Shown here in pieces: positions 37,480 through 51,318 of a stretch of DNA of 64,000 nucleotides. The position numbers were made by a program, and so were the translations under genes. The notes beneath the pieces are model-generated. The model searched no databases. It worked only from the letters and a program-made list of their open reading frames with translations, and was not told where the DNA came from. Source of the stretch: Spongospora subterranea f. sp. subterranea (lineage: Eukaryota); contig JAUGWO010000001.1 in assembly GCA_049724395.1 (NCBI GenBank), positions 1 through 64,000 of the forward strand, in the 5' to 3' direction. Positions within the stretch are counted from its first letter, which is position 1; every line of letters begins with the position of its first letter.

Positions 37480-39571
37480 ACACAAGGGTGTATTGATTCA
37501 GTACCTTCGCTAGCAAAGGGCACGTTTTGCTACGGGCTCTATGATTATCACTTGGGATGACGTTTCTTTGACGGGTGGCGCTACATTGCCCGGGACCGAG
37601 TCTTTTCAACGCTGATCTGTACAAAGGTAAACACAGACGAACCATGGATTCTCGCATGTAAAATCAGATTAAACACCTATTGACATCTTCGCCTGACGAA
37701 AGTCCTCTTTTTCTGGGCGGTACGTCGACCGAAATGTAGAACAACTCGGGATGAAGTGCATGGATGCATCCTTTAGGGTTACTTGATTTTGAACTCTCTT
37801 CCGCTCTGCACAATCGAGGACACTCCATGTTTCAGGAATATTGGTTTACTCTGTAAACAAAGGGCAAGTTTGTCGCTTCCTCGTACTGGCTGTGCCAAAT
37901 TGCTTTGACATGAGGCGCCATCACAGAATTACTGCGAACCAATCCGCACAAGATGTCTAGAAATGTTGCTTCCATACGATCAAATTGAGCCAACAAGTGG
38001 TGGCTCAGCTGAAAAAGGTTAAAGCTGCGTAGCTCCTTCTTATGACGTTTTTCTTTTATGGCAGAGTTGACACTCTCTCCACGCTACGTCAATACATGAC
38101 TGCAGGTAAATATTTGGCCTGAAAGGAAACCAGTCGTTAGCTTAGAGGTATATGATCTATTCTTGTACTCTCACCAGTATATGTTCGACAAACTTTTCGC
38201 TTAGATTCAAAAAAATTTTCGACACTTGCGACAGCGGATTTATATTTCTCATACGTTGCAAGCGCTGAAGAAGCAGCTTCGTCGAAGAAATCTTCGGTTG
38301 CGAACGTCTTGTAAATCAGGGCTAATGCGTCCCGTTTTAATTGGTCGGCGTTCTCTCACATTTCTCCACAAGAGGCGAAAACATCTTGCTGGAAATGATA
38401 TGAGCAAAGAATATGAATCATTTGTAAATCCGCAGCGGCACAAGGATATGCTGATCCCCCCTCGGATATCAGCGTGGCTCCAGGTTTATCAAATCCGAAC
38501 AGTTGAAGTCCTCTCAAAACACTCTCTTGAACCCATGGTCCAGTTGCATTTAACCACTGCTGCGATCCTAGTGTAAACAGCAGTGTTTGAATGCAACTGG
38601 ACCACGGCATGAAACTATTCTCACTCTCATCCAGGAGTATACCGGATGTACCGCGTTCTTTCCCAAGCAAATCCATATTCGTAAAAGGCATCAACTTCGA
38701 GGTCGTACATGGTTGTATGATGAGTTCCGTCTAAAATGATAAAATGATTATATGCAAAAGCGTATTTCGCTATCTGTCTAGTCTATTAAAAACATATATT
38801 TAGTGAGAGCAAATGCAAGCACCAACACACCTGCAAGAATACTGCTTTCAGTTGCTGAGACCGGTTCATTTGGAATTGAAACACGGTTCCTTTAACATCT
38901 ATATCCATACCGTGCTCCATGAAGAGCGTCCTGCGGTTCGGATCTGATCCAAAAATGATTGGTTTTTCCCATTGCGCAACCGCCTAGACAGACGAGACGT
39001 GGGATAGTCGCGATTGGAATGAGCGCCTTGCAGGATCTCCCTGACCTACAAGAAACCATGTCAATGTGTATGATTGATTTTTGTCACTGTAGCTTAAGTC
39101 AATGCCCATGATGCTATTTTGCACAGAGGAAGAGAAAAGCGTGAAAGCATCTCAATCGTGTGAATCTCATCAGGGTTCAACTCAGCGTCTTTGCAGACCA
39201 TGCTGAAAACCACTGCTGATATTTGTATTATCAATGTCGTGGTTATGATCAAGAACCAGGCTTATTCAAGAAATAATATTTGGCTCAAACGATTGTAACT
39301 AAAAGTTAAATTCCAAGAACATGTTGATGTTTTTTAAAAATTGCATCTGGAGGTAACTCTCGCGTTAACACTAACGCAACAGAGTCAAATGGAAGCGACT
39401 TCAGGCAATTAACATAGAGGCAAATCCAAATAGCTGTTCGGATTGCTCAATCGTAAACTTGTTCACGTCCTTGATCGCCCTGAACCCGATATGTTTAGCA
39501 AAAACTTGTATCTTGGTTTCAAGAGCCTCAAACGAAGAGAAAATATAATCTAACGAAAGAGACGACGCCAT
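37480..39571 (-). mobile_element. Second, degenerate MULE transposase related to 10881-12209
   Basis: 'FSSFEALE...FAKHIGFR', 'DHNHD', 'FGSDP', 'ILDGTHH..YDL', 'DESENS..GLQLFGFDKPGATLISEGGSAY...HILCSYHF' and 'RGESVNSAIK' are colinear with the first MULE, with many stops and frameshifts. Confidence 0.8.
38533..38607. repeat. 75-bp hairpin insertion (30-bp arms, 15-nt loop) inside MULE 2
   Basis: CCATGGTCCAGTTGCATTTAACCACTGCTG ... CAGCAGTGTTTGAATGCAACTGGACCACGG. It has no counterpart in the aligned MULE 1 protein. Confidence 0.8.
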
Positions 39572-41031
39572 TGAGTGGAGAGTGAATTGAACAAATGCAC
39601 ACGAAGGGCAACCTCAAACCAAGCGCACTGGGCGCGTCCCGCGTGGCCGGTAGGACGGTAGGTTGGAGCGTGAAGCGGCAACCCCAAAGACGCGCAGCCT
39701 ACCCATCAGTGGGCGCATCCCGCGTGGAGAAAAAGTGGATTCTCCACGCGTGGAGAGAAATCACAACCGATCTCAGACAGAGTATCACATCACACAACCA
39801 CACAAAATCAAATTTACCAAACAATCAATGAATACAAATAACGGTGTTACTCTAAATTACAAAGGGACGTCCTTACCTTTCAAACCACCGAAAAAGAACA
39901 GCAACCGACGCGGTAGCCTGATGAGCCGAAGGCGAATCCAGGTCGCGTAGGATTGGCTGGCCAGAGGACTTTATGTTCACTGATCAACCATCTCTGGGTG
40001 TCATCGCACCGATAACAAGAATTGGGCTAACCAGTATATATTTCACGGGCAGATGATCTATCGTTGCTGACTGGACAGTCTAAAACAGGTTGTCCACGAT
40101 GACCAAATGCTGACCGACCCGCTGCATTGACGACCTAAACTTGAAGTCGCCGTCTTGGTGTGTTCAGATTCGCTAAGCGAAGGAAGCGTTGATGTTAAAA
40201 TCTGGAATTTTCTTTGATGGGATATGTTCGATTGGACTGAATAAAACCTTTGCCCCGATTCCCTGGTCTTGAGTGAGGGATGAATGACGTTGACAAAGAA
40301 GAGAACAAAAGTTCAACATGACATGTTCGTGTCCATCGCGAGCAAGCGACGGGTTGGAACAAACTATTCAAGAACAGGATGACGTCGCTGCAATATCAAG
40401 GCACCTGGCGCGTCGCTGGCAACTATTATAGGTTGACCCATGGCACAATCTTTACAATCTCCCTGGTTATGATATGATCAACACCGATCAGGTGACCGTC
40501 CTCACGTCTGTGTTAATGTATTAGAGTGAGCCCAGCTCAATTACCAGACCCTGAGTGTAATGACTCCAGAAATTAACACGGCTAAAAATGACTGATGGTG
40601 GAGAGAGAAATGGTCAAAGGTTATAACCTTATCAATTCTTTTAGATATGTTAAGAAAAGGCCAGTTTATTGATTACCAAACATCACTCGCCCTAAACTAA
40701 AACTAATACAGGTAATAAATATTTGATGACTGCGATTAACAAAAATACCTCGAAGCATGTTGCTTTGACAAGGAACTACCATCTGCGCTATTGAATATTC
40801 AGAGAAAACGACCCGCGAATCTGTACAAGAAAAATTCTATTTCGTCGAGAAAAAGCAACTTCCAACCATTTCAGATTGAGAACAGATCATTGTGCGGATC
40901 GGTCATAATTATCTTAGGCAGCATTGTAACTTGTTGTTGAAAAGGTGATCTAAAGACTACACAAATACGGAAACCAAACATTTCGTGGACAACATTAGAA
41001 ATATATTGAACCTAACTAGGATGGACAACTA

Positions 41032-44000
41032 TCACTTGTTGGGGATCGCTTGATATCGCCGATGACGACGTGTCTTTCGCACATCAAACCGCAAAGCTAG
41101 AAACGCCAAAACGTAAATAGTACCAATACAAACAATGAGCATCAACATGTCAAACTTTAGATGAGAAACCTGCATTCCCGTCGTCGTTAGAAATGCGCCA
41201 CCATCACCCTCCAGTGGATGCGCAATATTCAAAAACGGGGAATCAAGAAGGACCACCAACCCATCAAACTCCAAAGCGGAAAGAGCTTCAGTTGCATAGC
41301 TGAAGAAAGACGAATATTGCATCATGGACACAAAACCGCGTCCAGATCGGGACGTGAGCGTTGATCCAAAACAGAAGTTGTAGAGGAAATACAGAACTGA
41401 GATAAAATTGGCAGAACGAAAGTCTGATGTTAGGAAACTGATGAGCATTACAGATGCGCCAGCCGCTATAGACACTAATATGACGACTGACGTGAATAAT
41501 AGGAACTTGACTAAAACAGGTTGTAAACCAATCATTCCATAAGTGATTGAGGAAAAAATTATCGCTGGAATTAGCCGATAGGGGACGATGTCTGTAAGAA
41601 GTTTCGCTGTCATATACGACAAGCAACTGTAGGACGTTGGACATTCGCGACGCTGAATTATCCGCTCAGTCAAGAGAAGGTCCAACGACGCTAGACTGAT
41701 CAACGATAAGAACAAACTCGAGCAGCTGAAGAATCCAAATCGAGCAAGAATTCCACCAGACCACCGTCTATCAAGTTTGAAGAATGTCAAACCGAGAGCG
41801 AGAGCCACCACAACTGTGACAACGTAATACAGCAGCAGATGATGAGTGGCGCGAGCCGAATTCCGAAATGAACGTTTGCATAAAATGGAAACCTAAGAAC
41901 ATGTGAGAAATTTGACGAAAGTGAAATTGAACACGACATATCAGAAGTAAAATTGAACACGAGATATACCTGGGAGAAAAAGAGAGAACCGCTGATCCGA
42001 TGATTGTTCGACAGCCGGGATCATGGCGTTAATGGAATCATTTAAGGCAATGTCATGGATTTCATATTCCGAGAGCATACGGTCCATATTGGGCCCATCA
42101 TCAAGCGACTCCAGGATGAACTCGAATGGATTATCCCTTGGCGCCAATTCGGTTGAAGTATGTCGAATCACAAACTGCAACGCGGCTTGTGGAGTTCCAT
42201 TGAAAATGATTCGGCCATAACTACCCATTAAAATAACTCGATCGAAAAGAGGAAGTAAATCAGATGATGGCTGATGGATGGTCATGAGCACAAGACGAGA
42301 TTGCATTATCACTCGATTCCTTAACAGATTGACGACCAATAGGGCATTGGCACTATCCAATCCAGTTGTCGGTTCATCAAGTAGAAGCACATCCGGCTGA
42401 GCAAATCAATGTGCATCATTAGAACGAACCACATCATTTATGAACAGGAGATGAATGGGCGACGTCAAAAAATCATAAAAAACCCAAAATTGCACAGTGT
42501 GTTATATCATCCAAAACGACAGTCGAGTATAAATTTGCAAAGAATTATCAATATGAACCCAATCAGACTACCTGAGATATTAAGTCTGCCGCCAATGCTA
42601 AGCGACGCTTTTCTCCACCAGACAGACCAGATACAAGGGAATGGGCATGATTCTCGAGACCCAAATCCATCAAAATGGTCGCGATTCGCCCATTGATATC
42701 CTCATCAGCAACATCGGCTGGAAACCTGGTCTTACCGGCGAACGATATTGTCTCCCAGACCGTTAAGGATGAGAGCATTACGTCATGTTGTGTCAAATAT
42801 CCGATATTGGTTCCCTCTCCAATCATTCCAATACGCCCTGACATTGTGCCTTTCTTATGCACTCCTGACAATACGAACCATATTACTTGAGAATGCACAA
42901 GGATGTCAAAAAGACCAGTTTACCTGCAAGAAGATCTAGGAATGTTGATTTACCACATCCTGACCGGCCAATAAGTGCAACCAATTCAGGGCCAGTTAAT
43001 ATTCCTGATGATGGGTGTAATAATTCGACACCACGACCTCCAGCCATCCACAAACTCGGTAAGCGATACGATAGCGACTGCCACAAAATCCCACGATTAG
43101 GTGGGCTTTTCTTGATATCATGATCTAGAGGATCCATTGACGACATTGAAGACGCCGAATATGTCTTATCAAACGAATTTTTGATGACCGGAGGCGTTTT
43201 GTAGAGTTCCGTCTTGACTCGGACGACGGCTGTTCCCAAAGCCAGCACCATTCCAGCAACAATTGTCAAGGAAGCGATTGCAACAGCAACAAAACTCTCT
43301 GGACATTCATCGACATGTGTCCTCTTCTGCGTTGTTATGATGGTATCAGATGCATATGGTGTGATACATGAACCTGCAACAAAAACCACTTCTTTGTCTA
43401 ACTTGGTGATCACTGGTAGGCCGGCAAGTACCACTTTCATGTTTAACAAGTTGCCTTGTTTGTCGTATGAGAATTGAAACTCAATGGGCAACTTCCCAGC
43501 TCCCCAGATATTAAAGCCGCGCACAGCAGTACTAGAGCAGGTGAAAAGGTTAGGTTCATTCAAAACAAGCACAATATCAATAAATACGTTGGACATCCAT
43601 TCTTATCGGCTGGATTATCTCTACATGAACGAACTGTTTTGTTACTGCACGAATACACAACCTTATGAATGTCCCCACTTTCTTCTTCTATAATCTGGCA
43701 ATTCTTGGCGTGGAATCCAAACATGAAAATTGTAGGACCTGATCTGTTCCTCAGTATTTCTAGTGGACGGCTGAACAATTCGAATGATGCGGTTTTTTGG
43801 CCAGTATCGAAACAAATTCGCGCCCGATGGTCCCGAAGATGGAGGAATTGAGGGATATCTGAAAATTTCATGTACTAAGTGGAAGGCACACTTCGGGAAG
43901 ACGATGCTAACCCAACCTATGCCAGAGGGGATGTAGCCTTCGATTTCATTGGAGCCAATTACACTGAACGCGTCATTGCTGTAGACTGTTCCAGCAGGAC

Positions 44001-44256
44001 AACTGTCCCGTAATTCCTCGGTAATGAATTGACATTGGGACCCAATATAACCTTTAGGGCAGATACATTTGCTCGTAGGTTCAATCGGACATGAATCAAT
44101 TTGCTCCAGACAATCGGCAACATATCCACCATTCTGGCAAACTAGTCGGGCATGTTCACACGTTGAAGCGTTGATATCATCGGCAGATAATGCAATAAAC
44201 GGCAGAGCCGCAAAAGCCAACAGGATAATCCTTCGCCATAACGCAGAGAACCTCAT
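41032..44256 (-). CDS. ADP1-like EGF-ABCG half-transporter, paralog 2
   Basis: Same domain order and motifs as paralog 1. An apparent +1 indel lies near 41980. Confidence 0.88.
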
Positions 44257-45329
44257 GCTTATCTACAGCAGTATGACTTGGGATTACCCTGATATGAAGG
44301 GTACAAGTCTGCAGTGGCTGCGGAATGGCATTTCAAAAAGCCCGCACGGCATTATTTCTCGGTTATTTGTACAGTGGTATCATGTCGCTTTAATTACACC
44401 ACTGACGGTTTTGGTTCAGTGGTCACTCGGCTATGTCCAGGACGTGTCTCCATTTACACTTTGGTGCTGTGATCATTATCTGATTGTTTTTAATGTGAAT
44501 CAGCTCAGGTTTGACTAACAAATGAGCCCTTGATCGTGACGAGCTGGACGACTCTTTTCGCATTGTGGCCTGCCATTCCGGTTCTTTTCAATGTGACGTC
44601 CTGATAAGATTTGTCTGAAAGCCCTTTGTATTGTTTTTCTGGCAACACACGTGGTAAGCGTGCGTGTGTCTGACCTTGATCGTGGTCATTGCCGTATCAT
44701 CATTCAAAGGTTTTCATAGCTGTTCCTTCAGCGGACCTTCCGTCCCTTGCATAGTTCCAGGGCAACGACTGGACTTAGTAGCGGTTGTTGGCAAATACTG
44801 TGGCATGGAGAGAAGCGTCGCTTGGAATTTACGACAGACTTATAATCTTATGTTCTCCTATTGAGTTGATATTTTCTTGGCTTTCCATATCCGGCTTGTC
44901 TCTCGTAAAACAAAACGCAGTGTAAAGTTTTTCGTATGTTCCAACGTCGCTCCGTTTTTCTTCGGTCCACTACTTGGTGTCACACATCCAGACACACACT
45001 AGGTACAGTTTTGCAACATTTGAGGCTGGATGGTCGTTAGCTCTCATCAAATGGAACATACGACAATTTTTTTTCGCCTCGCCAACGGACAAAAATCCAT
45101 GACGGAGTAGCGATTTGAAAAACAGCCCTTTTTTCAAAATTGGCACTATGGTAAAAAAGTGTACATATAGGAAAAAATACACCAAATGAAAGATCTCGAC
45201 GAGCCGGTTCCAATGACCCAAAAATCGACTTCTGAACAGCTTTATTTCCAGAGATATAACATGAAGAAGTTTGGACTGCAATAAAGTCGCTGATCGTTGA
45301 GCGTGGGCATTTCGTGGTGAGACGGCAAG

Positions 45330-46846
45330 CGGATTTGTCAGAGCATTTTTATTCAGACGCTCGTGCTTTTCCTCAAACTCCAAGCGCAGTTCATGGACGG
45401 AGTCGGGGAGATGTCGATGTGATCGATACTCACGCGTTGTGAAATCAGCCAATCGCCCTGTCAGGCCACGTTTGTACGCGTCCAGAAAAGGTTCCGTGAG
45501 ACGGAACAATCGGCGAATTCGTGAGATACGGATGGCGTCAAGGACATCGGGAATGCGAGCCTTAGGATTCTCCCAACTGCAGTTGCACTCTTGTCGACAT
45601 TTCCGCTTCAAATCACACCACGCACACTCAATGGAATTCAGTTCACAATGAAACTTTGGCAGAAACTGGCACAAATGACCACGATTAACAATCAACTTCT
45701 TGATGGCGGATTTTCGCTGACAAAATCTGGCTCAAGACTGATCATCCGATGCAAGCAGCAACTTGTTCGTCGATTTACCGTCACATCAGATGCCTTGCAT
45801 TCAACATACAGCTTTGCCAGGTTCTCGCCTGAGACAGCCAGGCCATGCTCTTGCAGAACAGCAAGCATACCCTTGGCCATTGACGGGAAGTGCGGATGGT
45901 CTGCCGGGAAGAGCATTTCTTGCTGAATCAATTCCTGGCTGTTCAACAGACAAATGGCGCTGCGGCGCGTGTACAAACGATGTTACGCGCATTAAGTCTT
46001 GTTTACTTCCCCCAGGAATCACGTTCATGCAGATAACCACCAGAGCATCTTTGGCAAATGCTCCGTGATTGGCCGAACAATCGAAAATTAGGCACGCAAT
46101 ATCTTTTGGATACGTCATCTCGAATAGATTGAGTAGGTGAGCGACCTGTGCCAAAAGCTGCTCGTTGTCCCACCAACCATCGGAATTCTTTCCCGGATGG
46201 ATAATAACACGAGATTGTGTCTGTAATGGCCACATTCCAGTGCTCCTGATGTACTCAGCACGGATCGGTGACACATGCCTGTTGACATCAAGGAACCCGC
46301 AATCTTCGAACATGAAATCGGAGACGTGCAGGCTTCTACCGAGACCTTTTTTACCGTGATCCTAATCACCATCCTGGGCATAATAGAACTTTTCAGCATC
46401 AGCTGAGTATTACACAGACTTGTCATGAAAACCCACGAGAATCTCCGACATCTTTAGGCCCAGTTTCGACTTGCATATCGTCACCAATATAGCTGCGACG
46501 TCGACTCTCGAGTGAATCCATGAATGGGATGAACTCTGTATGCAAATATTCCTGAACATCAAAGCTGTGTGTTGAATGCAAGGCATCTGATGTGACGGTA
46601 AATCGACGAACAAGTTGCTGCTTGCATCGGATGATCAGTCTTGAGCCAGATTTCGTCAACGAACAATCCGACATCAAGAAGTTGATTGTTAATCGTGGTC
46701 ATTTGTGACAGTGTCTGCCAAAGTTTCATTGTGAGCTGAATTCCATTGAGTGTGCGTGGTGTGATTCGAAGCGGAATGTCGAGAAGAGTGCCACTGCAGC
46801 TGGAAGAATCTTAAAGCTCGCGTTCCCGATGTACTTGACGCCATCC
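45330..46846 (-). mobile_element. Degenerate IS630/Tc1-like DDE transposase with an internal inverted duplication
   Basis: 'IIHPGKNSDGWW', 'LIFDCSANH', 'KGMLAVLQEHGL', 'CCLHRMISLEPDF' and 'GHLCQFLPKFHCELNSIECAW'. Segment 45531-45815 is repeated inverted at 46561-46846. Confidence 0.8.
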
Positions 46847-48439
46847 CTGTAGAAAGTTTTACCGCACTCTGTTCAACATTTCCTTGATCAACGTCACGGC
46901 ATAGGATAATTGCTTCTTACGTGATAGGGAGAAATCAGAAAACCCTAATAAGTCATCTCCAAATATCTCATGCATACCGCGTTCATTATTGCGAATACAA
47001 TCTTGAAGACGATCATGTAAAGCAGTGAGATATCATCAGATGAGTTGGAATCTAAAGAAGGAGCGTTATCCGATACATGGTCAACGAATTTTGCTGCATT
47101 AGAACCACAATCACTATTCGATTTTTCTCCAGCTATGAGACAAATTTGAGATTCAACATCGATGCCTAAACGAAAGGTCGGCCCAGCAGAACTTGAGACA
47201 TGGGAACATCCGCAATGTAGATCCGATGGCGTCGAACAGTGACATTTCCGGCTTCCGTTGGCAGTGTAACATCAAAAACCACACAGCGTGAACACGTCTT
47301 CAGCCGAGTAAGTTACAACCCATTACTGGAAAATCAGCGCCATCGTCAACAGTGGCAGACAACGTAGGAGATAAATTATTAACAGCCAGCCGAACTTCGC
47401 TGAGAGAACGAGATTGGGCCAAATCCACCTGATCGCGCTGCTTGATTGATGATACCACTATCGCCTGTTTTCAAGTAAAGAGGGCGATGTGGCGTAAGCG
47501 GACTCCCTGTTCAATAAACAGAGTGTTATTAAACTCCTTTGTTTTGGTGTCGTTTATCGACAAGTACCGTCTAGGTGCCATATTGTTGCCCAACGAGCGT
47601 TTGTTGCCCAACGCCGAGCTGGATTTGCTGATGGTGGGGATCGTATCGTTACGTTGTGAATAATCATCGAGCGACTTTGCGTCCTTCAATTCATGCTAAT
47701 CAAAATTCGTTTGTTCTGATTGCATCTGCTGAAGCGGTGAAGATGACTTTACCGTACCTCTGTGCCTCAATGTCGAAATCACCTGAACCATATTAACGTT
47801 CTGGTTTGAACCGAACGCGTCCACCATCGATAACAGCGCACGCGCTGCTTGAACACTAAAACATTCAGCTGGACTCGGATCCATTGTGAACATTGGTGTA
47901 TTTATGGAATTTAATACCTAGGTAATCCCATGGACTTTTGGGTGTCCATTGACTTCCTTGTTCGTCTGGTTTTGGCTCAGATTTTGTGGAATAATCCTCG
48001 GATTAATTCACGATGTCCATATTTTCAAAGGTGAAATTGTAAATAAAATGATCGAAATCAGGGTCAGATTGTGATTTTATTAATCAAATTTCTGAGGCAC
48101 CTTTTCAAAATTCTATCGCTCATAGGATCAAGTTGAATGTTAAAATAGCTTGTGTTGTTTTGTGTGATGTCGTTGCACGAATGAAAGATCTAACGATCGA
48201 TGGGTTTCTGGCAATGATTTCATAACTCCACTGTCCTCGTGTTTGGCCAGATAATTTCTAAGTTCATCATGATCTAGCGAGCGATGATCTTGACCATATA
48301 CTTTGAACGCTTTATTTTGGAGAGATAAGTTTGTGTCCACCTCTTCAACCGCATCTTCAAGCCACGAAATTATGCCCCTTCGTTTAATTTTATGTTTTCC
48401 TCCAGGCCCCGGATCACATCGTATTTTTCATGAAACATA

Positions 48440-48950
48440 TCTTCTCTTGAAAGGTATTGCTCGAGAAAGCACGCTCCAATACTTGATCGATTGGGAAGGA
48501 TCTGGTCCGAACCAGCGTTCTTGGGAGTTCGCCAAAGTTTTGGGTGCAACGCAAGTACTTGAGACCCATCTCCAGGTCTATCACGAAAAGTGCCAAAACC
48601 CGGTCATGAGCTTACCAACCACGATTCCAAGGAAGGGAGGGTCATCGTCGTCGTTCCTTTCCGTTCCGACAGGAATGTTCTGCGACACAAGCTGTCGGCC
48701 GAATCACATTTGAACAGGAATTACGAGACATGTCGTCAACTCGATCAATACTCTTTACAATACACTGATCTCGATCATCGCCCATAGGTTTGACCGCATC
48801 CGTCGACATCGCTCCCATTCCCGCCCTCGCCATATCTCCTGCCACTTGCCCTCGCCTCTGCCTCGATCTCTAACCCAGCACAGTTTCAATGGTGCCGCAA
48901 ATCAATGGGGACCGGATTACCCAATCGATGGCAGACAATTATTCATCCCT
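48440..48950 (+). mobile_element. Ty3/Gypsy chromodomain remnant
   Basis: 'LQYLIDWEGSGPNQRSWE' is followed by the purine tract AAGGAAGGGAGGG. Confidence 0.65.
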
Positions 48951-50563
48951 GTCATTGCCAGACTTCTAGTGTGTCGCCGTTTCCTGTAATGACTCTAATC
49001 AGCACAATATGCACCAACATGTAGCGGCTGAAGGCTCAAACGAGCATTATCAAAGGAAGGAAGAACAAGGTTGATATTCCTCAACTGTATAACACTTTTG
49101 TTCATCTTTCCTTTAATCGTGCGCGTATGAGCCTTCAACCGCTACACAGCATATGGATTAGTGTATTGTGATGACAAGATCGGCAGCCCCGCCTCTCAGA
49201 GTGCTGGGCATCGTTATTTCCAAATTAGGAGACAGGTTGTAGATCCATCGACATAGCTGCAGGCTGATGTAAGGAATCAAGTCCAGTTGATCCTGGACCT
49301 TTGAGCATCGCCAGCCCCGCTCTGACGGTGCTGGACATTATGAGGAAGTATTCCAGAGTGTCTGACGGTTTCAGCCCCATCGCACGTAAGGTTGAGACCC
49401 CTGAGATGGCGCCCATAACAATACTCGAAATAGCTGCACTTGTTGTCGTCAGTCCCAACCCACGTATGGTTTACTCAATGAGATGACCCATGGCGTTTAA
49501 GTTGTTCGTACACACCCATTACATGTTTGAAAACAATTCAGCTTTGAATAACCAATTTACCAATTGGTTATTTTTGCTCAAACCGCTGCGGGTGATACAA
49601 AGAAAACTTGACATAATTAAGATCGGGATCAGAAAACCCATTTGCTGTCATATGGGCGCTCTTTAGCCCATCTAGTTGCAATAACCTTTGGTCCGCTTTC
49701 GCCTCCTATACCTCAGTGTATTCTGAAACCTCATCGTCACCGCAGTCAGCCTCTGTTTTTCCACCAGATTCTTATCTGTTTGGATTCGGACTTGATGGAC
49801 CAGGCGCCATCTCCTCAATTTTGTTCGTAACCTCCGTTTTCTGTAAACAGTCATTTTGCAACCAACGAAATTGTCCTTCGCGACGCCCCATGCGCAGGCA
49901 TCTGTACTGTATTCGTCGTCTTTCTCCGAATCTCTTTGCAGTAGATAACCTGCATCAACGCTGGAGAGTCGATGGCCACCCGCTTTACAGCAACGTTTTA
50001 TTTAAAAGCTGCAGTTGCTTGTGACGACAATGGTCGTCCTCAGACGATTCCGAATCCTGTACAAACTCACTTGGACATGACGGTATACCAAAGCATTGTA
50101 TACCCAGCGAAAGCAGATGTTCGATACACTAAAATTAACAGTTTCTGGAAGCCGGTCGAACCAATGCCATTAATATTCAGCAAGTTATTGACAATGAACC
50201 TCCGTTCATTTCGGAATAGCCTACATGGAGATGGGAGTCCGGCCTTCATAGAAGATAATTCAAACCGAGAGTATCAATGTTCCGGTAAGGCCACCCAGGA
50301 AAAGAGGCAGGGGTGCAGACGATGTCAGTAGGTATTGAACTGTTAACAAGCTAAGTTGTCTTTCTTTGAAGTACTGTAATTGACTTTGAATAGATCAACA
50401 TTGATTCTTGGTAAATGTTCTGGCCTGTATCAAGGTTGGTGCAAGTCTAAACAATAATCATCGTGCTGGAAGCTTTTGATGCCCTTTTGATGCCCCAACA
50501 TGATCAACTTCAGAGAATACATACATTGATTCAGTAAAAAAACCGTTTATGCAATTTAGTAAT

Positions 50564-50600
50564 TACTCCCTCTGTTCAGAATTAGTAGTCCGATTTGCCC
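50564..50600 (+). mobile_element. Stowaway/mariner-type TIR remnant
   Basis: TA followed by CTCCCTCTGTTCAGAATTAGTAGTCC. Confidence 0.55.
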
Positions 50601-51084
50601 ACTTTCTCAAGATTAAGGCAGATTTTTGTCCGAGCATACCGCAGACACTGAATTTGATTACCAGTAAATCTTTTCACGAGGTTTCTTTTGGTATGCTGTT
50701 CGTCCATTTTTGAGAATTGGAAACCTGCGCTATAGCTCGCTCAAAACCCCTTTTTCGCGGCCAGTTATTTTTTCCGCTGATGGCGTAATTCTCTCGTGAC
50801 GACCTTGACAATTGGATGGTTAGAAATTACGCGTCAGGACGCATCATGTGATATGTTGAACGTGCCATAATGCCACGTTTTACGGTTTTAGAGCGCGTTT
50901 CGGTTTCACTCATTGTGAATGGAGTCCGTTGGCGCATTGTGATCTCATTGCAGTTCTTTCCGTATTGTTTTCTCCAGAATTTTGAAGTGGACTACATATT
51001 ACCGTCTTCCGCCGAACACAACGCCTAGGCGTGGCGTTCGAATTTGTCATAGAAATTCCCAGGACAAACTGCGTACGGACTCAT

Positions 51085-51238
51085 TTGAACTCAACCAATA
51101 ATCAACCCAAACTCAACCCATACCCGACAAGTCAATTTCAGGTTAACACGAACCAGACTTTACTGAAATTTTAGATCAACCCGAACCAGCATGTCGGGTC
51201 TGGGTGGATTTCGGGATCGGGATCGAATTGGGGCCCTA
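51085..51238. mobile_element. hAT-like element end with ACCCGA/TCGGG subterminal repeats
   Basis: Clustered AACCC, ACCCGA and TCGGG motifs end in GGGCCCTA; hAT termini are typically TAGGG...CCCTA. Confidence 0.5.
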
Positions 51239-51318
51239 AAAAATGCCGTGCGGACGTCGGGAAAAGGGGGTTCGCCAGGTAGACTGGAATAATCCCACTC
51301 GACCTGCTGGAAATAGTC

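Noticed and set aside
40100..40190. Fibronectin type III remnant ('VNAAGRSAF', - strand)
   Set aside because: Too short, with an adjacent stop codon and no supporting exons.
44970..50400. Fanzor/TnpB-like nuclease associated with the Tc1-like element
   Set aside because: I could not find RuvC motifs or the CxxC...CxxC plus DxNAA pattern in the ORFs read.
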